A DNA stretch of 64,000 nt from assembly GCA_963924565.1 (NCBI GenBank), contig OZ004607.1:23932001-23996000 (forward strand), written 5' to 3'. Below, piece by piece: positions 38,601 through 49,900 of this stretch. The notes beneath the pieces are model-generated. The model was not told the origin of the DNA. It ran no database searches and saw only the letters and a list, made by a program, of their open reading frames with translations. Numbering within the stretch: position 1 is the first letter of the stretch; every line of letters starts with the position of its first letter. The position numbers and the translations under genes were made by a program. The stretch is from Ascidiella aspersa. Lineage: Eukaryota.

Positions 38601-41600
38601 CAAACAAAGCGAAGAGCAAAGCAGTTGCGAAGGCCAAGAAAGCTGCAATTAAGTTAGTCACCACGTTGTTATTATTAATAAATGGTATCGGTTTTTACAC
38701 TAAAATCATTACAAAATTCTAAAGAAATTCTAATTAATTTTTAAGCAGCAGAGTCCTGCAAGTCAAGAGTGTCTAACTGACCGAGTATTTATTATTTCTT
38801 TTTTATATAATAAATACTCACGCCGCTCCTATGCAGTATTCTATACTTTTTTTTATTATTTAGGAAAATGTATAAAAAAGATCCGAAATAGACAATTTCG
38901 AAATTTAATAAACAATGAAAAAAATACTAATATAGCACTTTTCGCAAAACTGTCCGTTTATCGCTTATCTAAAAGTCGTTTTGTCAAAGCGACAAAAAAT
39001 ACCCAGACTAATAAAAATTTACCAGGTTATGAATTGTATTCTTACATATGATTTAATTAAGGTTGGTTGGTTGTTAGGGTGGTAGAGTTGAAGAAGCAAA
39101 CGAGAACGAAGGTGGAGGAGGCGGCGGCTTACACGCAAAGCAACAAAAACGTAAAAGAGAAACTTGTTCTGCTGGAGGAGAATCATATGTAAGTTGCCAA
39201 ATTGCGGGGCTGTGTATAGTATACATTCAATATACCTACTATTATTTTGTAAAGGTTAGTTGGTAATAAATTTCTTTACCCGAGTGTTTAACATAGCGCA
39301 TATATAAAGCGGTGGTATTTTTTTACACTAACACAAGATTGGTTTATAAACTATAACAAATCTCTACATAAAAAATGTGTTACGTAGAGCAACAGTGACG
39401 ACGTTTAACACCCAAATCGACGAATACAAAGCATCACTTGGGGAAGAACGACAGGAAAGGTGAGGGCTTGTGACAGTTTGAACCTCAAAGTTCTGTTGTA
39501 GGCATTGAATGGTCATCACAGAGTGGATTTAACACGCCATCCGGAACCAAACGTACAAAAAATTATGCATTTCGTCGACTAATTAATTTTACCTTAAGAA
39601 AATACATTATTTTGATTTTTAAGTAAATAAACTATTTTTTATAGACATCGGGAATGTTTATTACAATTCGTCTATTTATTCAAGGTAAAAAAGTTTATAA
39701 ATACGCATTAGACCCAATCAATAATTAGGCACTCAAGAATTGCATACAATATAGTTCCTTGCTTAATTTATGTTTTCTGGAGTACTATTATTAGAGCTTA
39801 TAGTGGATTGAGTCGGATGCTCACGTAAGTAAAACATCACTTTTGCTGTTTCGCAGATTCAAGGTGCAGGAGATGAGAGACGAGTCGGAAAAAGTTCTCG
39901 AAAATTTCCGCAACGAAGAGGTCAAGTACATGAACGATATGACCTCGTCGATCGAAGACGCGCGAAAGAAACACAACGAGCTAACAACAAAGGTAACAGT
40001 TTTTGTTGGAGTGGACGCCGTCTTTTAATCAACTTACGCCAGTCTGACTGAATATACACAGGTATATATTTAAAGCAATTTATCTTACATCGCTTGTGTA
40101 TAAAACTAAGTCTTGTACAATAAATATTTAGCCTCATCTCTAACATCTTTGCGTTTTCTGCATAAATTATTAAAGTACACCCCTCACAGCACCACACGTT
40201 ACCTGACAGGCTGACACAGCTGCTGTACTTAAATGGGATGTTAGACAAATTTTTTAATCAAACCTGGATTGGCGATTTTTATGATAACGATAGTATAGCC
40301 CGACAGGGTGGTATCGTGACCGATCCATTACCAAGTCACCAAGATATATAAGGTATCCATAAAGGAATAAAATTCCATTTACTGCCAAACCAATCGACTA
40401 TTTTAAAAAGCGACGCAAACTCTTCGCAGAGCATGTGGCTGAATCGCGAGACGCTCAAGAATAGGCGCGCCGTCGAGACGCTCGAAGTCCGACTCGAAGT
40501 GGGGCAGAGCAGCTTCAGGACGATGAAGGAAACGTTAACGATGGACATCGAGCGGCTCAAGACGAGTGTCGAGCTGCTGCGCGGAGACAACGATCGGAAG
40601 GCCGACTTTGCGCAAGGTTCATTCTAAATATATTTGACTTGATTTTTCGCCGGTCTAGCAGAGAGTACGTGTTTGGATATCACGCAAAGTCGATCAATTC
40701 AAAAAAGTGTTGTATGCTATAGTCGAGTATTTCGTCGTACCATCAGAAATAACACACAACATTGCAGTTTAGAAATTACATTGCAATTTCCTTGAGCTTT
40801 TTAAATTTTTAACTGTATTCACGAGGCTAGCAAAATTTACATGGACATGTTACCTCGTAATATACAATGATGATAAACAGCCCACAGCACAATGAATTAT
40901 TTCAGTTTGTATACCCAAGCAAAACTTAGATTAATTTCGCAAACTATTGCGTTTATTTTAGTTGTAACTTATTTAAATTGCCGGACTAACGCCAATAGTG
41001 GGTTACCAGTTAGAATTAAACTGGTAAATACTTCATTCAACCTGGGCAACGACGGGTATTTCAGACAAGGCGCAGCAGGCACATTAAAATATTAAGAGAG
41101 TGATACATCCGAAATTTATAATGCTACTAAGCTGTTACTTTCACTAGCACCAATATTTAACAAAAATAAATTTAGATAAATATATTAATTTTAAGTTGTA
41201 ACGAATGACCTATACAAACGTCGATCCTTCCCCGCCAAATTTAAAATACTCAACCAAATGTACTGGGGACCGCTTATGACCAAGTAACTTCCTCAAACAA
41301 AAAGATACGTAATTCAAGTTTGTTTGATCCATTTGTTTTACTCTACACAACTGTTTTGTGAAATTCAGAGAAAAAGCCACAAGTGGAGCAGCTACAGATT
41401 GAACTAGATGAGAGGAGCGTCGAATACAATCATCTCAAGGATGAGGTTGTGGCGGTCCGGAACAAAGAAAAGAGCGTCAACGAACAAATCTCAAGAGTCA
41501 AACTTTTGACCTCACAATTGACAAAACCAAACGTAAGTCTCTATACGACGTAAATTGATAGTTGACAAGTTTTGAAAGACGTTGGACAGTATATTATTCT

Positions 41601-43364
41601 GATAAATGAAATGAAAATCAATATAGTTTATTAAATAGTGACAGTTCATCTCATAAAACTTCGCCTGCGATGTGTAAAGGACAGTTATTCTTCCCGATTT
41701 GATCACAGCCCCGAATCAACGCGTTGAACTGAATTTCAAACAGTAACGTTCCACAATAAACCATTGATTTCCTTCGGTTCTCAGCTTAAGTTGAAGGAGG
41801 CTTTGCAAGAAGAGCGCGAGGGAGGCTTGTCTCAGCTAGAAGAACAAGCCGCTGCCCGGATAAAGCTGGAGGCGGCCATCTACCAAACCGCGGCCAACCT
41901 GGAGCAACTCACCAACGAGAACCTCAAATTCTCGGAGGTAATATCGAAAACGTGTTTCACTTTGTTAAGCTGTTTCCATGTAGCGCACAGTTAAGTCAAG
42001 ACTCCTGTTCGTTTGATTAACTTTATACCAAAAAACGTTACGTCCTAACAGTCGGGTAACTCTAATATAATCTATCTCCACTGTACCGCTTATCAACACA
42101 ACAGAAGCGGTAAAATTAAGCTTTGTCGAATGTCTGTTCCAGAACAACGTGCGGTTTGTTGTAAATAATATGTTATCGTTAACAGGAGGGAGCAACTATC
42201 CAAACCGACATCGACACGCTGACGGCGGACATGAAGTCACACGCAGCCAACAACCGTCTGGTGTTCGTGGAGCTAGAGAATCTACAGAAGCAGTTTTCCG
42301 AAGCCTGGGATGTCTGTATCGCCATGGAGGAGGCCTCTGCTGACCAGGTGACTGCTGTGCGCTTTTGAGATAGCATGTAACAGGTCGCTAAATCGTCAGG
42401 TCGCTAAATCTGGTCGCTAAATCGTCAGGAATGCAAAAAGCTTCGCATATATATAGCTGTAAACCGCAAATGTTTTTTTGTGACTTGACAGGACAAGAAG
42501 ATCCTTAAGGGCATTGGCAGGTTGCAGGAAGAGACGCACGAACGAGCCGCTACATTGAATGGAATCTCCAGCAATCTAAAAAATGAACTCGACTCTCTCA
42601 CTGGATTCGTCGAGAACGTTGGAAGCCGACGCCCGAAAGGTTGGCAGAATCAATTTGTTACAATTTTCGGCAACTAAGATACTCCTTTCAGTAGATATCC
42701 GCTAGAAAAAAATTGCTACCTTTTTAACTTAGTTTACTTAGTTAGGCGTTTTGTTTATATTTCATTTCTTTAAATGTGTTTTGCGTAGAGATCTAGGCTG
42801 TATGTAGGTCGTATATTTTTCGCAAAACGTTTCTAGGAAGTAAGGATTACGTTTAAAAGTGTAAAAGTTGGGTTTATTCTTTTGTATCGTAAATAGTTTT
42901 AATTCTCGCACAAATTCTTCGAGTGTTAACATTTAGTTTGAAAAAAGTTTTTATGAGGTTTTAGCGGATGTTCTTTCTGGACTGTTTAATACCACCTAGT
43001 TACATTTTACCGCCTTTCCTAGTCGACATAATTCTTATTTTTTAATTGAAGAGAATCAAATAACGGTAGGTTTTCCTTTACCAACACAGCTTTAAATCCC
43101 TTTCATAATAATATTTCTCCAGATACGCGAAGAGGAAATCGAAAGTCGTCTATCAACGTATTCCCTCGCAAGCCGGCCTCAAAATCGGAAATCAAGCTTC
43201 ACGCCAGCAGCACTGGCTTGTTGCCCCCGCCCTTAGCCGCAACACCTGAAAGAATTCGGACCCCGCAGACCAAGCGACATTCAATCAAAGCAACAAAAAG
43301 TCGATCCGGAGTTTTTTCTCAAGACGGGTCCAGGACAATTTTGGCGCCAATAGGAACCACGTGA
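32627..43364 (+). CDS. CCDC175-like coiled-coil protein (paralogue A), multi-exon
   Basis: Spliced heptad-rich ORF: MEQSETEEDF..., ETECKNLHDQLEVETIKSSKKRYALQILPEKYKKEME|ESVMAARTSNEADMKLLQKRL, IIAHLNQRMSDKASKQIVLNETRD, ...DKKILKGIGRLQEETHERAATL, ending ...ILAPIGTT*. Family call is from recalled similarity only. Confidence 0.7.
37235..37347 (+). mobile_element. 113-bp hammerhead-containing retro-insertion (PLE 3' fragment)
   Basis: 12-bp TSD AAGATATACATT (37223-37234, 37348-37359) brackets a hammerhead motif followed by AATAAA. Confidence 0.82.
37259..37296 (+). ncRNA. Minimal type-I hammerhead ribozyme
   Basis: TCA-CTGATGA-T-GGCA-TTAGAAAT-TGCC-GAAAC-GTT-TGA. Predicted GUU cleavage after 37293. 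Confidence 0.82.
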
Positions 43365-43951
43365 TCGTGAAAAGACTATGTAGTTACCATAAGCTGTCCT
43401 TCGAGCTTTTAACTCTACCGAGACAAGTTAATTGCCCTAATACTGCCGTCACATTACGCCCTGATGCTTTTACACTGTGGTACCATGTAGTGTCTACCCT
43501 TCCGTCCTTGATTACTGAAGCCTATTACTTGACGCATTTTTATTTATTTTTGCCTTGACATGCGATAATAGAACAATACGCTCTTTAGAAACAGAGGTGA
43601 ACTGAAATTCCAGACGACTTTTTTTTGTTCTGATTTCGGGTACTTTTTGTTTTGTGAGGTGTCTTCGTGAGTTCTATACGATAAATATATAGGTTAAATA
43701 CTTGTGCAAAACTGGGTTTTATCGGTACCGATCCGAAACAAAACTTAACGGAGATTTTAGCAATGGTTTACAATTGGACGTAGCGTTTCTACCTTAAAAG
43801 GCAACATTTTTAGAACTGATAAACTGTTATCATTAAGCAAACTTTAACTTGAGCGGGTTTAATTATCTGGAAAACATAACCTTTGCACGTTTAAATTTCA
43901 TCAACCATTTTTGCATAATAATGACGTCAGTTAATATGAGATCGGACGGCC

Positions 43952-46900
43952 TTATCCAATTATATTGTAGCCTATAACCCAGCAATGCCATGTCCTAAAA
44001 ATTGACAAAAATTTGTGCAACGCAAGCCAGAAAAAATACATTTACCTTCTTGGTTGTCCATTGGTGAGAATAATTCAATAAGGTCGTCCATCTTTTCCCA
44101 TGTTTCCCCGAGCTGATTTCCACGCATTTTGCTAAGATCCTATAGAATAAAGAGTGACTTTACTTGATAAAAATTAATAAGACTATGTTGTGAATACAAA
44201 TAAGATGTAACAAATAAGCGAACGCGCAGTAACTTAATACGCTGTTAAGAGATCCAACGCGACACCACGCCATGCACCCAAACTACATTTCTGCCTATTT
44301 TAACTAAGCAATTTAAAATTTTTAGGAAAAAGAGTATATTATATTAGTGCCTTTATAACGGCGATACTGGACAAGATTTCCTCATCTCTTTTGTTGGCAT
44401 CGCCCCTTAGCCTGGCTTCATTCTCCATGTTCATGTGCATGTCAAACTGAATCTGATCCAACTTGATGCCGTGAATCGTCACAAGCTGCCCGAAGCAATC
44501 CAACTCATCCGATTCGTCTGCATAGCGTATAGTGATAACAAGATGGTCACATTTTCAAGACCGAAAGCGATAGCTGTGTATCATGTAGGTTCTTAAGGGA
44601 AACGGAATTAAAAATAAAGCTTATATACCAGGTTTGTAGAGCTCTTCTGGCAAATGTAATTTTTATTCCGACGTTTCGACGTCCTATACAGGTCGTCTTC
44701 ATCAGGGTAAATAACACTGAATGCGACTAGTACAGTGCACGATAAACAAAGGAAAAGGATTTTTTTTTTTTTACATTTGCCAGAAGAGCTCTACAAACCT
44801 GATATTATGCCTGGCAGCAATAGCTTATATAAAGCTTATATACCATGGAAATTTCATTATGTGGGCTTCGTATAATAGTAAAAAGGTATGGAGAACACGG
44901 GTTAGCAGTTTTGGCGCGCCAACTTTATCAAGTCACAATAGCTACATGCCGTAAGAGCGTAACGTACCTTAGTTAAAACCTATAAACATTATAGAGAGGT
45001 CACTAGACTACTGTTATTGCAAGCTAGCTATTAATTTATTTTTAAAACGTGTGTAAGAATGTAACTCGGTATTAAATGGGTATTGGTACTACAGTGCGGC
45101 ATACCTATTTTTTATATTCGAATTAAAGCTACAAACGACTGTTTTTGTAAAGCATTACGTTTCATTATTTTTTGTATTTCTTTGCATTTCACGCCGAAAG
45201 ATTCATTTTGCTGCTGCAAGGCTTCTCTGATCTGCAGAATTTGGTAGATTTTCTGGGAAACCGATCTTGTGTCGCGTCGTGACTCTACAATTTGCCACAA
45301 CAAAGCGCGATTGACGCTATTCAGATTTGCTTTCATTTGGGAACGCGCCTCAGTCAATTCTGTAATTTAAAATAGTCATGTCTAATTCGAAACACAATCT
45401 ATAGCGATATACTTTGGTCGCAAAATGGTCCGGCTGCTGTGCCAGGACAAAAATGGATATAGCCTAGTCTTTAAAATAAAACGTCACAATTTACAGAGTA
45501 AGGTAAAACAAAGCAAAACATCATGAAACATACTTAATGTAAAATTTCTGTCGAACGGACGTATATTTTGGATTTAAAGCACGTCTAACTTAAAGCGTAG
45601 CTTTTTAAATGTTAAACTTTCAATTTTGTGTCTTCTGTGACGATCTGATAACACACATATGTGACCCCCAGTGATACCACCAAGCTTGAGAACACTTCTC
45701 TTTTATGTTGCTTGTCAATTGCCTTTACTGTGAGACAAACCTGATAATCTGAATCGACAACTCTCAATCGCGTCCCTTAGGTCTTTTACTTCTCGGTTCT
45801 TTAGAACAAGGTTGTCTCTCATTTTCTTGTAGCGAGACGAAGTTTCTTCAAACTGCGTTGATACCACAGTATACTGGGGGAGAAGGAGGGTTTTTTTGGC
45901 GTTCAACTCTTTAACAAGCTCCTGTAAACAAAAAGTATAATTTTATATTGTTGCTATTCGTCAAACATTTTCGGTATTTTTGACGGCCACAGTTACAGTA
46001 TTTTTTTATTCTGTGTTCCACTATGATTACAGAAGAAAAACAGTCGGTAAATAAACTGCAAACACACTAGTTGCCCTCGTAATTTTAAACAGAAATAGTA
46101 CTAGTTATGTAACAACAGCACAACATATGGTATTCAAAAAGAGTTCTATTTTAGATATCAACATCAGACTACAAATAGGCCTACATACTGGATCGTAAAA
46201 TATTAAATCGTTTAACATATAAAGAAAAAAAGGGTCTAAATAGCAGGCCAAAACAGCGATGGCCTCCTTAAATATTGGCGCCACAAGTCATTAACTACGT
46301 TCCCCGCACCTTATTCACGTTTATGCTCTCTTTAAGAACTTTAACGGTATCAGTTAGACTTGTTTTCATTGCTTCTGTGCGCCGTTTTCCTTCGACCATG
46401 CTGAGCTGCAAACCAGCCTCTTGAATTTGCAAATCTTCGTTTTCCTTTTTCAACACTTTAGCTTCTGCTACGTAGCCAAAATTCCTTCTCCTTTTGGAAA
46501 CATTAATATTTTTACACGCCTTACTTTGATTCACAATTCTCTGTATCGAAGGATTAAGTAATAGTACTACGAAGCTATTATACTTAGCTAATGCGGCGTC
46601 CGAACGGTTGATCCTATAGTTAAATTATATAATAGACATGAAGTTGCATAGCAACTTTAGATATTGTTCGACATTTCGAAGCTTACTAATGGGGTATACG
46701 AAAGTCAAAATTTACCACAACTATTGTTTTGTTGAAGTAGTCCTACCTTTGTTGGATAATATGACCATTTACGAATATTTTTTGTCCTCGAGACCGTTTT
46801 TTTCCTAAATCAATATACAAAAAATCTATTTAAAACTATGTTTTCTTAAAGCCATTGTTTTGCGAAGTCATCGGTATACTGACTTGCACTCCTCAATAGC

Positions 46901-49900
46901 TGTATTTGATTCTTCGAAATATTCAAACATTTCGTTGCTCCACCTTTCCAAATTCCGAAGTGATGCGAAATATTGTTTTTGTGTTTCTTCCCTGTAAACG
47001 ATGGAAGCAAAAATAAACTCGCGATAAACTTGTGTAACACGTTAACCTATAGTCTGTGAAGTCAAATCGCACTTTAGCTTTTCATGAATCTCCAAATCTT
47101 CTGTCAGTTTTACAAGTTCTTTTTCGTAGCGACGTTCCATCTGTTCTCTGTTGCCGCCAACGGTTGACAGTGTTTCTTTGAGTTTCAATCTTTCATGTCG
47201 CGCTGCCGTCTGATCAGCCATTACCATGTTTGCCTATAAACGTTTGTTTAATCGTTCGTAGTGATCTGATCATATATCTCGCATAACAAAGTTTATAGGT
47301 ATATTGTAGCGAACCTACCGATGTGCATCCACGTTCATCGAAGCGTGTAGATCGCCTTTTTCCTATTTCGCAATTGTACATTTATAAACGCGTGTTTGAG
47401 CTTTTGCTACCCCTTTACCTTGACTTAACCATGTCGCAGCTACGCAATAAAGCACCAACCGCTTTACTGGTGACCCCGCATCTTCAAAACGATTTTTGAA
47501 GGTCAAAAGAAGAAATTGAACAACTGGAGTCTAAGCAAAGTTAGTTGAATGACTATCGCCTGTTCTACAAAGCTTCCCACGTTCTGGGGAACACAGCTAG
47601 GATTTTGGCTACTTGGCTCGACACAACGCAATCGAAGAGCGCTTGCTTTCGGCATCTGCGCTTTCCTGATAGGAACGCGCAACGCAGCAGCTAATCAGCA
47701 TGCCTTCACTTTGGGACAACCAAGACGCAATGCTCTTCCCTTTAGTTGTTTATTCTTCCCGGCAGGAACGGCAGCGCGACTTTTTGTTTATAAACACGTT
47801 TTCTCGGGTTAACAGAAACACCTGTTTCACGAGAGTAGATGCCCGCTCTGCTCGAGACGGTTTCTCGTTGGCACACTCGTCCCTGGTGGCTATTACAACA
47901 CATGCCGGAGGATATTCGATTGGCAAGGCCGCTGAAGAAAGCTGGTGCTTTTACGCTCGTCTTGAACGTCGCACCAATCCACAGGGTTCCGTTCTTAAGA
48001 CCGCTTATGGAAGCTAGCCTACCTGCGTTTGGTACTAGCTCTTCCTCGCTCGTCTCGAACGTCGCACAAACCCTTCAAAGGATCCGTTCCCAAGACAGCC
48101 TATGCAAGCTCGCCAACTATTTTCGCCGTCGATGCAACCCGCAATATATTCACTACGTCACCGACGTGGCGTAGTTGAGAGCGAATTGAACTCGCCCACA
48201 TGCATTTAGTCGCTTGACCATGGCCAATGTTCTCAAAAGTGACTAACGAAGCAACCCGACGAACTTCCCTGCAACCTACGCAACTTCACACATGCCCGCT
48301 TCTGGAGGGGGGTTCTGTAGCGAACCTACCGATGTGCATCCACGTTCATCGAAGCGTGTAGATCGCCTTTTTCCTATTTCGCAATTGTACATTTATAAAC
48401 GCGTGTTTGAGCTTTTGCTACCCCTTTACCTTGACTTAACCATGTCGCAGCTACGCAATAAAGCACCAACCGCTTTAATATGATCATAATTTAGTACAAA
48501 TGTTTCTATTGTTTTGGCGGGCAGCTGTTTTTGCATATGCAACTTGCACAGTTGCAATGATATCTTTCTATCAGAATCAGCGACAATAAGTGTTTATGTA
48601 CCAAATTGTTGACTTCGAGCAAAACAGTTCGGTGCCTCCTGTGCTTATCCCTGCTTTCACGAAGTCTAAATCGCAACTTCTCCGCTTTACTATGCTTCGT
48701 TTGCTTTTCGATACTGAGGATTTCCTTTTCCCTGTGAGCCATCACGCTCTCTTCCAATGCTCCGTTTTGCAGTGCCGCAATCTCTGCTTTCTTTAGCTGG
48801 AGGAAAATATATAAAACAAAACGATAATAAGGAACAATATGCGGGATTTTTGCAAATCACATGACTACAATCAACAATTAATGTAAAAATAATGCATGTC
48901 CAGTATTGGCATGACAATTTGATCTAGTAACTGAAAACAACTAATTTGTTATATGTTCCAATTAGATATGGTCACGAATTCCTAATTTATATTTTAAATT
49001 TAATTTATATATATTCAATTTATAGGCATCAACACACTCATACAACCGTACGTTAAAACCAGTACTTCGGTTATATTGATATGTTCCTAGCAATACCTCA
49101 TGTTCCTCCTTTGCGTGATGCATTTCCAAGTGTATATTTCTGATCTCTAACTTTTCATTCTCTTGCAGACGTCCTTGACCGGCAAGCTTACCTTTCAAGC
49201 TTATTGTCTGAATGTCAGAAATATTTTCGGTGAAACTCCTAAAATAGGTGTCAATAAAGAGTAGAGAACCTGGCTTAGTAGCTGCTGATACTTCTTCTTT
49301 TCGTTTTCGAGAGTCTCGTTCGCTTTGAAGTTTCTGGATTGCGACCAACGGATTTCTTGCTGAAAATCGTCCAACTTAGATTTCGCCTCTGCTGTCTCTT
49401 CATCTTGTTCATTTATCTAAAAGTGTCGTAAACCAAAAAATTTCTAAAACCAAGACTCTCAAGGTTTTGCATGATTAAGCAAAAACTAAAAAAAAATGCT
49501 AACGATTTTATATTTGTAAGTACGTATCATATAAAAAGGCGGCCGCTGAATTAGATATTCGTAAATCAAAAAATGATTCGCTGCATGAAACCTTCTCTTT
49601 CCATTGTTCAGCTTCCGCGTTGATTTTGTTTGCTTTTTCCCTAAATATCTTCCAATATTTTTCGATCTCCAGCGTGAGATCGTGAGCGTCATCAGTTAAA
49701 GCGTTAGTGCGGTGATAGGCTTCAACCGTTTTGCATCTGGGTTATAAGATGATTTGTATAGCCGTTTTCAGAATAAAATACATAGTATGGGTTACCCCTA
49801 ACTAAAGTACTTGTCAAATAATGAAATAAACATAGTGATTTAACCTCGTTTCGTTGACCTTAATTTGCATTTGAGCCTTTTTCTTCATCGTGTCACAAAC

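Noticed and set aside
42381-42430. Short CAGGTCGCTAAATCGT tandem repeat
   Set aside because: Three imperfect units in an intron; looks like ordinary slippage.
47549-48483. Short ORFs inside the LTR element as functional genes
   Set aside because: Frameshifted gag-like remnants and LTR read-through.
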